The notes beneath the pieces are model-generated. The model did no database searches, was not told where the DNA came from, and was given only the letters and a program-made list of their open reading frames with translations. From assembly GCA_963703955.1 (NCBI GenBank), contig CAVPGK010000011.1, positions 160,001-224,000 of the forward strand: a stretch of DNA of 64,000 nt, read 5' to 3'. A program made the position numbers and the translations under genes. This document shows, in pieces, positions 41,543-52,463 of this stretch (positions are counted from its first letter, which is position 1; each line of letters opens with the position of its first letter). The stretch is from Nitrospirota bacterium (lineage in GTDB: Bacteria > Nitrospirota > Nitrospiria > Nitrospirales > Nitrospiraceae).

Positions 41543-42568
41543 CTAGCGCTGGCTGAGCTTGTGGACAAGATCCACGGCCGCCGCCACGGATTCGACCGGA
41601 GTGTTGGGTAGGATCCCGTGGCCGAGATTAAAGATGTGGCCGGCTCGCCCGCCTACTCGCTGAAGAATATCTTCAATTCTCCGCTCGATCTCATGCAGAG
41701 GCGCAAAGAGCGCGACGGGATCGAGGTTCCCCTGAATCGCCACGTCATGACCCAACGTCGCCCAGGCGTCATCCAGATGAACCCGCCAATCCACCCCGAT
41801 GACATCCCCGCCAGCTTCGCGCATCAGGGATAGCAGGGCCGCGGTGCCGGTGCCGAAATGAATCAGAGGCACGCCCTCACGCTTCAAGCCGTTGAAGATC
41901 AATTGGACGTGCGGCAGGACATATTCGGAGTAATCACCCGGCGAAAGGCAACCCACCCAACTATCGAACAACTGAACCGCCTGAGCCCCGGCGTGAATCT
42001 GTCGGCGGAGGTACCCGGTCACGACTCTCGCGAGCTTGTCCATCAGCCGGTGCCATGCTTCCGGCTCCCGATACATGAACTGTTTCGTCTCAATGTAATT
42101 TCTCGAGCCTCCGCCCTCGATCGCATAACTGGCCAGCGTGAACGGGGCGCCGGCAAATCCGATGAGCGGCACTCTGTCTCGCAGGGCGCGGGCGGCGACT
42201 CCGATGGCATCGTACACGTAGCCGAGCTCGTCACCCTCCACCGGACGCAGGCCATCGACCGCCGCGCGGTTGCGCACGGGATTCCGGATCACGGGACCTT
42301 CGGCCTCCACGAATTCCACCTGAATGCCCATGGGCACGAGCGGCAGTAGAATGTCGGCGAAAATAATGGCCGCATCCAACGCAAACCTGTCGATCGGCTG
42401 AAGCGTCACCTGGGCCGCCAACTCAGGCGTCTTGCACACATCCAAGATGGAATGCTTCGCGCGAACGATCTGATATTCATTCATATAGCGGCCAGCCTGG
42501 CGCATGAACCACACGGGGGTGCAGTCCACCGGTTCACGACGACAGGCCTTGAGAAAACGATCGTTCAT
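41543..42568 (-). CDS. hemE: Uroporphyrinogen decarboxylase
   Basis: PVWFMRQAGRY, DAAIIFADIL, QLFDSW, QGNLDP, FNLGHGI. Confidence 0.97.
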   Translation of the reverse strand: MNDRFLKACRREPVDCTPVWFMRQAGRYMNEYQIVRAKHSILDVCKTPELAAQVTLQPIDRFALDAAIIFADILLPLVPMGIQVEFVEAEGPVIRNPVRNRAAVDGLRPVEGDELGYVYDAIGVAARALRDRVPLIGFAGAPFTLASYAIEGGGSRNYIETKQFMYREPEAWHRLMDKLARVVTGYLRRQIHAGAQAVQLFDSWVGCLSPGDYSEYVLPHVQLIFNGLKREGVPLIHFGTGTAALLSLMREAGGDVIGVDWRVHLDDAWATLGHDVAIQGNLDPVALFAPLHEIERRIEDILQRVGGRAGHIFNLGHGILPNTPVESVAAAVDLVHKLSQR

Positions 42569-42716
42569 AAGCGTCGTGCATTCTAGTGAGTGAGGAAGAA
42601 GCTGTCAAATAAGGGCATCCTGGTCAGACACTCACTCTGATCGAGCCAGGATGCAAGAACACAAGCGGAATTGATACCATCCTGCATGTCTGTTTGTTAC
42701 TTGGTAGGAGGACACC

Positions 42717-43643
42717 ATGAAGATCGTTGTCGCTGGAGGGTCAGGCTTCATCGGACGCCCCCTGTGTCAGGCTCTTCTTCAAGACCAGCACCAGGTCACA
42801 GTTCTGTCACGAAGTGCGGCGGCAACCAAAGACCTTCTCGATTCCCGTATCGACATCATCGAATGGGATGGGCATATCCCGGAAGGCTGGGAACAAACTC
42901 TCGATACGGCCGACGTGATCATCAACTTAACCGGAGAAGCGATTGCGGACAAGCGGTGGTCACAAGATCGTAAGCAGGTTCTTCGTGATAGTCGGATCGG
43001 CACCACCCGGGCAATCGTCCAGGCTCTCTCTCGTGTCTCGACCCGGCCTCGGACCCTGATCAATGCTTCCGCCATCGGCTATTACGGACCTCGTGATGCG
43101 ACCCCGGTCACTGAAGAGAGTCAATCTGGGTCAGATTTCCTGGCCAAGCTCTGTATAGATTGGGAACGGGAGGCGACGCAGGCCGAAAGCTTGGGCATAC
43201 GTGTCATTCGGCTTCGGACGGGAATCGTCCTTGGAAAAAACGGCGGCGCTTTACCCCGGATGTTGCTTCCATTTTACTTTTTTCTGGGCGGTCCAATCGC
43301 GCCCGGTCATCAATGGATGTCATGGATTCATGAGCAAGATGTCCTCGGCCTGATTCGGTGGATACTCGCCAATCAACAAGTCCACGGACCTCTGAATGCC
43401 GTGGCACCACAACCCGTCACCATGCGAGAATTTTGCCGAACGTTAGGGCATGTCCTGAGGCGGCCTTCCTGGTTGCCGGTGCCAGAGCCTGCCTTGCGGC
43501 TTGCGCTTGGCGAACTGGCCACAATTTTGACGACCGGCCAATGCGTGGAGCCGACCGTGGCCCTGCGCGGCGGGTACGTCTTCAAGTACTCCTCCATAGA
43601 GCCGGCGCTTCGTGAGATTATAGGGAAATCATCCAGCCGTTGA
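42717..43643 (+). CDS. TIGR01777-family NAD-dependent epimerase/oxidoreductase
   Basis: GGSGFIG, NLTGE.IA..RW, ASAIGYYG, SWIH..D. Confidence 0.9.
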   Translation: MKIVVAGGSGFIGRPLCQALLQDQHQVTVLSRSAAATKDLLDSRIDIIEWDGHIPEGWEQTLDTADVIINLTGEAIADKRWSQDRKQVLRDSRIGTTRAIVQALSRVSTRPRTLINASAIGYYGPRDATPVTEESQSGSDFLAKLCIDWEREATQAESLGIRVIRLRTGIVLGKNGGALPRMLLPFYFFLGGPIAPGHQWMSWIHEQDVLGLIRWILANQQVHGPLNAVAPQPVTMREFCRTLGHVLRRPSWLPVPEPALRLALGELATILTTGQCVEPTVALRGGYVFKYSSIEPALREIIGKSSSR

Positions 43644-43915
43644 TTGACACCCGCCACATCCATTCGGATCGGGATCAGTCCCGTCTGCTCGGCGACGAAG
43701 CGCGGTTTGACGGACGGTACAAGAGGGACGCCGGGGCTCATTCAACTGATGGAGTAGTTGGGATTGAAACCAGAAGGAGCTTTGAGGGGGCCAGAGCAGG
43801 AGACTCTCTCGGCTAGAAGCCATAGAACATCGTTTGACCCCTCCAGCTTGTGGATCAAATTGGCAGCAACGACGGCGGGTCTATAGATGAGAAGCGGGTA
43901 ATCAAATGGCTGTCT

Positions 43916-44176
43916 TTACTTCTGAACCGCTCTGTCGACGATTGGTGCAAGCGATTGTGGTTTATCCATCCAATTCGCCAGTGCTTCTATTGCGCACGAC
44001 CGTCCGCACAGATACTGCGGTTCCGCTGCGGCAGACCCGTCTGGATGGCTTTGGAGAGCGACCTCTAATGGCTGAAGATACGCACCCTGTTCAGTCGTGG
44101 TTAGCGCATACCAGTGGTTCACTTCCTTCTTCACCGCCTGACAGCCATCACAGATGATTTGGGTGACGATGGGCAT
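43916..44176 (-). CDS. Small Cys-motif hypothetical protein
   Basis: GGAGG RBS; CDGC...NHW...LCGRSC. Confidence 0.65.
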   Translation of the reverse strand: MPIVTQIICDGCQAVKKEVNHWYALTTTEQGAYLQPLEVALQSHPDGSAAAEPQYLCGRSCAIEALANWMDKPQSLAPIVDRAVQK

Positions 44177-44306
44177 GTTTCCTCCAGCCTGAGAGGATCC
44201 TTGTCCTAGATTGCCAAGCTTCGACGCAGCTAGGGATCAACATATAGAAAAGGCATGCTTCAAGGGAATTGGCCGAAGGTATGGTTCATCCTTCGAAAGG
44301 CAGAGG

Positions 44307-44353
44307 CGCCTGCATGAGTGGCGCGGAGCATCCCTCGATGCCGTTGTTAAGGC
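44307..44353 (-). other. attC-like integron recombination site, truncated at R'
   Basis: Minus strand right after the stop: GCCTTAAC-AACGG-CATCGAGG...ACTCATG-CAGGC-G; L'' carries the extra base at position 4 relative to L'. Confidence 0.55.
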
Positions 44354-44354
44354 C

Positions 44355-45011
44355 TCATGGCGATAGTGCCGCCTCAATGAATCGGCGTGTACCGTAGTCG
44401 TTGTTGGCGAAAAGGAGTAGGCGAAGGGTTTGCCCTTTGGCATGGGATTTCCGAGCAACGCGCCTGGCGCACGTCTTTATGGCATTTAATTCAGCCCGCC
44501 TGTCGTCGGGTAGTGAGGCATCCCCTGCCAATACCCAAAGAGTCCTTCCATCCGGAAGCTGCTCGCTTACAATCGTGGTATGCCACCCTGCAGACGTCAG
44601 TTGGCTCATTAATATCGGGTGAGTTCTCGTCAAGAAAACGCCAATCTCCACAGCTGAGTTCGGCTTAGCCGGGAGCCATAGAGTTCCCTTGCTCTTGTGC
44701 TGCGACCAGGGGCCCGGCCTCAGTTCTGAGGTTGGAATGATCACACCGAAAGGAAACTCGTAGCGACTTTGGGGATCGATCGTCCAAGTGTCGAGAAACC
44801 TCGGTGGTGTCCCGGGGGATAACCACTTTTGAAAATCAGGGGCTCTGACATGGCACTTTCCGCTCTCATGCAGACTTACCTTCAGCAGTCCGCCCAGCGT
44901 TCGGGCGGCAACGTAGACATCACTGCTGCTGGACGACCACAACACCAGCCACTCGGACGACCTGTTGGCTGCCGGATCACCTACTCCGAACCGAGCTGAG
45001 CGCGTTAACAT
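44355..45011 (-). CDS. Hypothetical protein, likely gene-cassette derived
   Basis: 218-aa ORF with TTAGAC 10 nt upstream of ATG and an attC-like site after the stop. Confidence 0.7.
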   Translation of the reverse strand: MLTRSARFGVGDPAANRSSEWLVLWSSSSSDVYVAARTLGGLLKVSLHESGKCHVRAPDFQKWLSPGTPPRFLDTWTIDPQSRYEFPFGVIIPTSELRPGPWSQHKSKGTLWLPAKPNSAVEIGVFLTRTHPILMSQLTSAGWHTTIVSEQLPDGRTLWVLAGDASLPDDRRAELNAIKTCARRVARKSHAKGQTLRLLLFANNDYGTRRFIEAALSP

Positions 45012-45276
45012 AACTAACGAGGTCTAATGGATGAGCACTCAACTGCGCACTTCCCATGCTGATAACTTCAACACTCGACTGGGAGGCAAGTGCACTGGCA
45101 CATCCAACACTTCTTCAAGAGCTCGTCCTGTTCCACCGATCGGGATAGGCTACCAGCCCGCAGTATATCAACGTCGATCATTCGGAGGAGGCAACTGGGT
45201 GATTCTTACTGCGGCCGTCAGTTCACCCGCCCACCTCGAGCTAGCCAAGACCGGCAAGGCGTATGAATGATCAGGC

Positions 45277-46404
45277 TCATCTTTCCATTGAAGAACGACG
45301 GTGGGAGTCCGTTTTGTTAACCTGCGTCAGCCGGATCGGCACGCGACGCGCTCCCCATCGCCCTGGTGCGCCAGTGAAGAGTCCCGCGCAGGCCATCCCA
45401 CAGGCTGGGCACCACCCGGCGTCCGTCAGATTCCACTTGGTCAACTCATACCAGTCACGGCCGATCAGTTGTTCGCCGCACTGGTAGCAGTAGGTGCTGC
45501 CGCCTGGCTCGTCATGGACATTGCCCGTGTAGGCATAACGCAACCCGTTCTTCGTTGCGATGCGCCGCGCCATGGAGAGCGTGGCCGGCGGTGTCGGTGG
45601 TTTATCGATCATCTTCCAGTCCGGATGGAACGCCGTGAAGTGGAGGGGTACAGCCGGACCGAGGCGGTCAACAACCCACTGCGTCATCTCTTCGATCTCC
45701 CGTTCAGAGTCATTTTCTCCGGGAATCAAGAGCGTCGTGATTTCCAGCCAGACGTTCGTCTGGTGCTTGAGATACATCAACGTGTCAAGCACGGGTTGCA
45801 AACTCCCCGCGCAAACCTGTCTGTAGAAGCGCTCGCTGAACCCCTTGAGATCGACATTGGCGGCATCCATGTACCGGTAGAACTCGGCGCGTGGCTCCTC
45901 ACACACATAGCCGGCCGTCACCGCCACGGACTTGAGACCGCGCTCATGGCAGGCCTGGGCCACATCGATGGCGTATTCGTGGAAGATCACCGGGTCATTA
46001 TACGTGAAGGCGACACTGCGGCATCCCAACTCCAGAGCGGCGCGCGCGATCGTCTCCGGTTGAGCTTCATCGGCGAGTGTGTCCGTTTCACGGGACTTGC
46101 TGATGTCCCAATTCTGGCAAAACTTGCAGGCCAGGTTGCAGCCCGCCGTACCGAACGACAGCACCGCCGTCCCCGGCAGAAAGTGATTCAGCGGCTTCTT
46201 CTCGATCGGGTCGACACAGAAGCCGCTAGAGCGCCCATACGAGGTTAAGACGATCTGGCCATTCCGGCGGGCGCGCACAAAGCACAGGCCTTGCTGTCCT
46301 TCCTGCAACTTGCAGAACCGGGGGCAGAGGTCACACTGAACGCGTCCATCGTCGAGTGCGTGCCAGTATTTGGTCGGGAACGCTCCGGCCACGGTACTGC
46401 TCAT
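45277..46404 (-). CDS. amrS: AmmeMemoRadiSam system radical SAM enzyme
   Basis: CDLCPRFC, DPIEKKPLNHF, GCNLACKFCQNW, FTYNDP, YTGNV. Confidence 0.92.
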   Translation of the reverse strand: MSSTVAGAFPTKYWHALDDGRVQCDLCPRFCKLQEGQQGLCFVRARRNGQIVLTSYGRSSGFCVDPIEKKPLNHFLPGTAVLSFGTAGCNLACKFCQNWDISKSRETDTLADEAQPETIARAALELGCRSVAFTYNDPVIFHEYAIDVAQACHERGLKSVAVTAGYVCEEPRAEFYRYMDAANVDLKGFSERFYRQVCAGSLQPVLDTLMYLKHQTNVWLEITTLLIPGENDSEREIEEMTQWVVDRLGPAVPLHFTAFHPDWKMIDKPPTPPATLSMARRIATKNGLRYAYTGNVHDEPGGSTYCYQCGEQLIGRDWYELTKWNLTDAGWCPACGMACAGLFTGAPGRWGARRVPIRLTQVNKTDSHRRSSMER

Positions 46405-46680
46405 CGAAAGGGTGCCTCCTCCAGTACCATTCATATCATACATATCATATTGTACTAGGGAGATTGGGGGCTAGGAACTGCCGGCTCGCCTTGTGTTCAT
46501 GCCCGACGTGATATCGGTTCTCCTGACCTCGCTTATCAGGTAAGTTGAGCCGATTAAGGGATTTTCAATGATGCCGGGTTTGGAGTATACAGGTATCTGA
46601 GCGGAAAGTCGGTGCACACATCAACCGACTACCCACCAGCTTAGACGCATTGGCTTTCTTGCATCGAAAGGAGTTCAGAG

Positions 46681-47262
46681 ATGAAGATGCTTCTTTCGAA
46701 GATGGCGACTTGCCTCGGTGGTCTGCTATTTCTTGGCCTTAGCTCTGAGCATGTTCGTGCAGATCTTATCAATCCGCTCATCATCGATAACAAGCCGCTG
46801 CGATTTGAAGCAAACGTTGAGAACATTGGCCTGACTGCTTCCGCCATCGTGCTCGGCGGGACAGACCTTCAAGGCTTCAGCGGAAATTGGAGCGCCGTGA
46901 TTCAACAGAGCACCTTCGACGCGGCAGGAGTGAATAACGATATCCAGTTCGAACTATTTCACAATATAGCACCAGACCCTGCGTTGCTGGAGCAGGCGCC
47001 GAATCTGGTCTTGAAGTCGCCGCCGGGCCTTTTTAATGTAGTCCCGGGTGCCCTGTTCCCCGGCCTGGTTGGATCTGCTGATCATGGTCGCGTGCACGAG
47101 GATGCATTCCACATCACTTATGCGCCTTTGGCGGCAGGCGTCTCATCACTGCTGACCATCCAGATGGTGCACACACCCGAACCATCAACCCTCTTCCTTC
47201 TGGCCTCCGGGCTAGCAGGACTCGCGGGGTTCGCAAGTAGGTCGATTTGGAAACGGGTATGA
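46681..47262 (+). CDS. PEP-CTERM sorting-domain protein
   Basis: Signal peptide; C-terminal TPEPSTLFLLASGLAGLAG plus basic tail. Confidence 0.88.
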   Translation: MKMLLSKMATCLGGLLFLGLSSEHVRADLINPLIIDNKPLRFEANVENIGLTASAIVLGGTDLQGFSGNWSAVIQQSTFDAAGVNNDIQFELFHNIAPDPALLEQAPNLVLKSPPGLFNVVPGALFPGLVGSADHGRVHEDAFHITYAPLAAGVSSLLTIQMVHTPEPSTLFLLASGLAGLAGFASRSIWKRV

Positions 47263-47452
47263 GGTCAGAAAGCAGAAGCCGATAGTGTGCTCTGTCCTTC
47301 ACGAAACAAAAAAGATGACGTCACTCCTCGATTTGTCAAGATCGTCGGTACGGCCATTGGTTGAAGGGGGGAAGGATTCACCCGACGGGTTAAGGATCGC
47401 CCCGATTGCCGTCTTCTGATCGTTATGATCAAGCCGTTGGAACAGCTAATAA

Positions 47453-47557
47453 GGACTGAGTATTGAGGTCTGAGGACTGAGGTCCTCGAATGCAAACAGA
47501 AGAACTGGAGCCGCAACGGAATTGGTCGCTCAACCCTCAGCACTCAGTCCTCAGCAC
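47453..47557. repeat. Inverted arrays of heptamer repeats
   Basis: GGACTGA/GTATTGA/GGTCTGA/GGACTGA facing TCAACCC/TCAGCAC/TCAGTCC/TCAGCAC. Confidence 0.7.
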
Positions 47558-47585
47558 TGCTCAGGCAATTGGAAGGGAGGAACTT

Positions 47586-48047
47586 ATGGCTTTCGAATTG
47601 ACGAGTTCTGCCTTTAAAGAAGGAGAGGTTATTCCCAAAAAATACACATGCGAGGGGCCTGATGCATCGCCTCTCTTGCGTTGGGGAAATCCGCCGCAGG
47701 GAACTCGGAGCTTTACCCTCATTGCCGACGATCCCGATGCCCCGGTCGGCACGTGGGTGCATTGGGTCATCTTTAATCTTCCCGCAGATGCGCGCGAGTT
47801 GCCCGAAGGGGTGCCGGCGCAGGACACTCTCCCGAACGGTGCGCGACAAGGCCTGAATGACTTCAAACGCGTCGGGTATGGCGGCCCCTGCCCGCCGCCC
47901 GGGAAGCCCCACCGCTACTATTTCAAACTTTATGCTCTGGATAAGGTCCTCGATCTAAAGCCACGCGTGACCAAGGCGCACGTACTCGAAGCAAGCAAGG
48001 GCCACGTGCTGGCAGAAGCCCAGCTCATGGGGAAGTTCGGGCGGTGA
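47586..48047 (+). CDS. YbhB/YbcL (PEBP/RKIP-like) protein
   Basis: DDPDAP.GTWVHW, GYGGPCPP.G..HRYYF.LYALD. Confidence 0.93.
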   Translation: MAFELTSSAFKEGEVIPKKYTCEGPDASPLLRWGNPPQGTRSFTLIADDPDAPVGTWVHWVIFNLPADARELPEGVPAQDTLPNGARQGLNDFKRVGYGGPCPPPGKPHRYYFKLYALDKVLDLKPRVTKAHVLEASKGHVLAEAQLMGKFGR

Positions 48048-48106
48048 AGAGATTCCAGATCGGCGAGGTAGACTCTACCTCCGACGTTGAGAAAGGCTCT
48101 CGCGCA

Positions 48107-49096
48107 TCATCCCATCGGCAGGATACCCACGCCCTCCTGAAATTCGACCTTGCTGCCGAAGACGGCGCACTTCGCGCGCATGCGCTCTTGAAGAAAAGCC
48201 ACTTCCGGCCCTCGTGCCAGCCGAACCCCCAAGTTCTCGATCGCCACCGGGTGGAGCCGGAGACAAGCGATGCGACTCTGTTCTATTTCGAGCATGAACA
48301 GGAAGGATAGATCATTGCGCTCCTGGGGATCGACGGCGTAGTCGTCCACAAAGTCGCCGGTCGAGTACAGAATGACCTTGCCCTTGTAGAGCTCGATGCC
48401 CTGTGGAGAATGGTTCGAATGCCCCCAATAGAGATCGGCGCCGAGGTCAAGGAGCTCATGGGCCAAGGCGCGCAGAGCCGCGGAGGGCGGCCCCCAATTA
48501 GGACCTACATGGGCGCTGACGATCACGAAGTGGGCGTGACTGCGCGCTCGGCCGATCGCCTTGGTGAGACGGGCCCGGTAGGGCTCAACCAGTCCCTGTG
48601 AGTCGTACGCGATGTAATTCACGCCCGGGGTCCCCTCGGTCGCTTCCCATTCGGGCTCATTGTCCGTCAGCGAGATGACCGCTAGACGTGCCTCCGGCAA
48701 TTCGAGGAGGGCCGGCGCCAAAGCCTCGTCAAGATGAAGGCCTGCGCCGGCATGCCGAATGCCGGCGCGATCCAACAGCGCGAGGCACTCCGACAATGCC
48801 TCAACCCCGTAATCCAAAGTGTGATTATTGGCCAGGCTAACACAATCGATCCGAGCGGCTCGGAGGACATCGATGGCCCGAGGATGGGCCCGAAAGTGAA
48901 AGACTTTAGTCTCAGGCTTCCAGGCGAACCCTCGGCTGCTAATGACACATTCGAGATTGACTAATCTCAGATCCGCAGCTAGGAGCAACGTTAGGACATC
49001 TCCCCATACGATCTCCGGCGGCAGAGAGGCATTCCTAATCACAGAGTGATCCACGAGCCGTCCCAGCATCACATCTCCCGTCAACCCGATCTTCAT
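48107..49096 (-). CDS. CapA-family metallophosphoesterase
   Basis: GDVMLGR, NLEC, SLANNHTLDYG, GHSNH, YSTGDF. Confidence 0.9.
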   Translation of the reverse strand: MKIGLTGDVMLGRLVDHSVIRNASLPPEIVWGDVLTLLLAADLRLVNLECVISSRGFAWKPETKVFHFRAHPRAIDVLRAARIDCVSLANNHTLDYGVEALSECLALLDRAGIRHAGAGLHLDEALAPALLELPEARLAVISLTDNEPEWEATEGTPGVNYIAYDSQGLVEPYRARLTKAIGRARSHAHFVIVSAHVGPNWGPPSAALRALAHELLDLGADLYWGHSNHSPQGIELYKGKVILYSTGDFVDDYAVDPQERNDLSFLFMLEIEQSRIACLRLHPVAIENLGVRLARGPEVAFLQERMRAKCAVFGSKVEFQEGVGILPMG

Positions 49097-49192
49097 CGCT
49101 TTCTGGCGTCGCTCACAGGCGAGTGCGCATGACGGACTCTGGGCATCTCAACCCGGCCATTCACGGCTCCATGAAACGGCGTCTCATGAGAA

Positions 49193-50056
49193 TCATCGGA
49201 TCCGCACAACCAACACGGAACAGCTCGTTCGGTGCAGCACCGTATGGGAGACGCTACCCAACAGTCGACCAATACCTCGATGCCGGGATCCCATCACTAT
49301 CACATCCGCATTGCGTTTGGAGGCCTCAGCCAGAATCTTGCTTGCAGGCGCTCCGTCGACGACGACACCGACCGCACGGTATCCAATTGCCGAAAGACGT
49401 GACGCCGTCCCTTCGACGAAGCCCATGGCATACGCCAGCATCTCCTTCCGAAGCGATTCCGGAATCATCGCACCAACAGGCCATGCCGGATTGGCAAACG
49501 GGATCACGGTCAGGACTGTGGCATCGCAGGGGCCTGTAAATGGTTGCTTCGATAAAAAATTGAAGACGGTGTCGGCGTCATCCCGGTCCTCCAGCGCTAG
49601 GACCAGGTTCCGTATGGGTCGGGACGGCGTCGCGACAACCAATGTTGAACACGGGGCATGGGTCACGACCCGGTGGGTGATACTACCCAGAATAAGCTCA
49701 CGCACCGCTCCGACGCCCCGCGATCCCATGGTAATGAGGTCCACCCGTTCTTGTTCCGCAATCGACAGAATCACGTCAGTGGGCCTACCGATCTCGATCC
49801 GTTTGGAGACAGGCCATGACTGTAACGGAAGCAGCGAAACGGCCGTCTTGAGGATACGCTCGCCTTCTTCGCGCATCCTGCTTTCCACAGTCATAGAGAG
49901 ATCGTGTGCGATCTCAGGCACCACCATGGGATAGGCCAGCGTCGGGACATCGAGCGCATATACCATGATCAAAGCCTCCGCACCGGCCACATGCGAGAGA
50001 GCGCGAACCGCTTCATGCGAATGAGCCGATCCATCCACCGCCACCAGAATACGCAT
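49193..50056 (-). CDS. Tandem-domain universal stress protein
   Basis: MRILVAVDGS...MGSRG...LGSIT...LLGSVSHTVLH; paralog of 19253-20113. Confidence 0.93.
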   Translation of the reverse strand: MRILVAVDGSAHSHEAVRALSHVAGAEALIMVYALDVPTLAYPMVVPEIAHDLSMTVESRMREEGERILKTAVSLLPLQSWPVSKRIEIGRPTDVILSIAEQERVDLITMGSRGVGAVRELILGSITHRVVTHAPCSTLVVATPSRPIRNLVLALEDRDDADTVFNFLSKQPFTGPCDATVLTVIPFANPAWPVGAMIPESLRKEMLAYAMGFVEGTASRLSAIGYRAVGVVVDGAPASKILAEASKRNADVIVMGSRHRGIGRLLGSVSHTVLHRTSCSVLVVRIR

Positions 50057-50189
50057 GAGGCCCCTCCTTTTCTTTGGTCCTCTCAACACGCTAGGGTCTG
50101 ATTCCTCGAGTGGAAGCGTGATACGCTTGCAATCTCCTTTCACTTCAAGTCTGGCTGAACGACGCGCTCACGTTGGTACCACAGTCGTC

Positions 50190-50370
50190 AGATGACGCAC
50201 AGTAACCAGCGGAGCGCTGCCAGTGAGGCATAAAAAGTCGCCCCGGTTGCAATCCCATCACCGACCAGAATCACGATCTGACCCGTTGAAGTTGGGGGCG
50301 TTTCCTTTTCGGTACCGAGCGAGCCTCGATTAATCTCCTTCTGACGTTTGAACTCGGCCTCAAACTGGCC
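50190..50370 (-). pseudogene. Phosphoribosyltransferase fragment
   Basis: Manual translation: ...TGQIVILVGDGIATGATFYASLAALR, matching the PRPP-binding motif VILVDDGIATGAT. Confidence 0.5.
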
Positions 50371-50688
50371 AGATCATACCTCCCATTCATGGAGGACATC
50401 GATATTGAGGGCAAGAACTATGCTCATCCATATCTGGACAGAAGCATGCCATCGCAGCGAGCTGACAAGAGCCGGCTGAGTTGACGGTCGAACTACCTTT
50501 TCGAAGACGAAGGATATGGCGCGAATCTCCACGGATTCAGGGGATGCGCTGGTGAATTCTGCTACAGCAGACCCGTTTCGATGTAAGAAAGCGCTCCCAA
50601 CCCGCCTGATTTCTTAGCCTTCTCCATACAGGGGGGAGACAGGCAGTTGGTCTATCCATTGCAGAAATAGTAGTGGATAAGGACACAC

Positions 50689-52452
50689 ATGACCTGGGAC
50701 ACGATCATTAAATCGCGGCGGGACTGGGAGGTCGTTCCGAATCTCTATGACTATGAGAAGGTTCGAGCCGCCTACTCCTGGGATACAGCCCGCCGCGAGC
50801 TCGAAGGACTTCCTGAGGACCAGGGCCTCAATATCGCTCATGAAGCAGTCGACCGGCACGCAGGCGGTAGTCGGTGTGACCACTTGGCGATCCGCTGGCT
50901 TGGTAAACATGGAGAGGTCCGCGACTACACCTATGCCCAGCTCCGGGGTCTCACGAACCGGTTTGCAAACGTCCTGCAGACAGTCGGTGTCGGGAAAGGC
51001 GATCGAGTCTATGCGCTTACCGGGCGCATTCCGGAGCTCTATATCACCGCTCTCGGTACTTTCAAGAATCGGAGCGCCTTCTGTCCTCTCTTTTCAGCCT
51101 TTGGACCGGAGCCTATCCGAACGCGCCTGGCAATAGGTCAGGCGAAGGTCCTGGTGACGACGGAGTCGCTCTACCATCGGAAGGTTGTTGGACTCCGTTC
51201 AACGCTGCCGCACCTCCAACACATCCTCCTTATCGGGGATGATCACAAGCCAACCGATGTGCCTCATACTTTGGACTATCACCGATTGATGGTCGAAGCC
51301 AGTGATCAATTCGTGATCGGACGAACCGAACCCGAAGACATGGCGCTTCTCCACTTTACCAGCGGGACGACCGGGACTCCGAAGGGCGCAGTTCACGTTC
51401 ATGAGGCTGTTGTGGCTCACTACATCACTGGGAAGCTCGCCTTGGATTTACACAAGGAAGACATTTTTTGGTGCACGGCCGACCCAGGCTGGGTGACAGG
51501 CACGTCGTACGGCATCATCGCCCCGTTAACCAACGGCGTGACCAGTATCGTAGACGAGGCCGACTTCGACGCCGAACGTTGGTATCACATTTTGCAGGAC
51601 CAGAAGGTGTCGGTTTGGTACACCGCCCCCACGGCTATTCGCATGATGATGAAGGCCGGTACGAATCTGCTCCGTCAATACCAGTTTCCAACTCTTCGTT
51701 TTCTTGCCAGCGTGGGGGAACCGCTCAATCCAGAAGGCGTCATCTGGGGACAGCATGCCTTTGGCTTGCCGTTTCACGACAACTGGTGGCAGACCGAGAC
51801 GGGCGGGATCATGATTGCCAACTACACCGCCATGGACATTCGACCTGGCTCGATGGGCCGACCACTGCCGGGTATTGATGCAGCGATTGTGCAGAAGAAC
51901 AAAGAAGGGTGTCTTGAGGTGATCGACAAGCCCGACGTCCAAGGCGAGCTGGCCTTACGCCCGGGATGGCCTTCGATGTTCCGTGCCTATTGGAACGAGC
52001 CGGAACGTTACAGGAAATGCTTCGTCGAAGGGTGGTACCTGACCGGCGATCTCGCCAAGCGGGACACGGATGGCTACTTTTGGTTTGTGGGACGGGTGGA
52101 TGATGTCATCAAAACCTCCGGCCATTTGATTGGTCCGTTCGAGGTTGAGAGTGTCCTGATGGAACACAAGGCTGTGGCTGAGGCCGGGGTCATTGGCAAA
52201 CCCGACCCTGTCGCCATGGAGGTCGTCAAAGCCTTCGTTTCCCTCAAGGACGGCTACGAGCCGACCCACGCGCTTCAGCGCGAGCTGCTGGGTCTTGCGC
52301 GCGCTCGACTCGGCGCGGTGGTTGCGCCGAAAGAGATCGAGTTCCTCCCGACCTTGCCGAAAACACGGAGTGGAAAGATCATGCGTCGCCTGCTCAAGGC
52401 TCGAGAGCTTGGATTGCCCGAAGGGGATACCTCAACGCTGGAAGCCAGTTAG
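50689..52452 (+). CDS. acsA: Acetate--CoA ligase
   Basis: [41 protein letters not shown]. Confidence 0.93.
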   Translation: MTWDTIIKSRRDWEVVPNLYDYEKVRAAYSWDTARRELEGLPEDQGLNIAHEAVDRHAGGSRCDHLAIRWLGKHGEVRDYTYAQLRGLTNRFANVLQTVGVGKGDRVYALTGRIPELYITALGTFKNRSAFCPLFSAFGPEPIRTRLAIGQAKVLVTTESLYHRKVVGLRSTLPHLQHILLIGDDHKPTDVPHTLDYHRLMVEASDQFVIGRTEPEDMALLHFTSGTTGTPKGAVHVHEAVVAHYITGKLALDLHKEDIFWCTADPGWVTGTSYGIIAPLTNGVTSIVDEADFDAERWYHILQDQKVSVWYTAPTAIRMMMKAGTNLLRQYQFPTLRFLASVGEPLNPEGVIWGQHAFGLPFHDNWWQTETGGIMIANYTAMDIRPGSMGRPLPGIDAAIVQKNKEGCLEVIDKPDVQGELALRPGWPSMFRAYWNEPERYRKCFVEGWYLTGDLAKRDTDGYFWFVGRVDDVIKTSGHLIGPFEVESVLMEHKAVAEAGVIGKPDPVAMEVVKAFVSLKDGYEPTHALQRELLGLARARLGAVVAPKEIEFLPTLPKTRSGKIMRRLLKARELGLPEGDTSTLEAS

Positions 52453-52463
52453 GAGGTTGCGGC

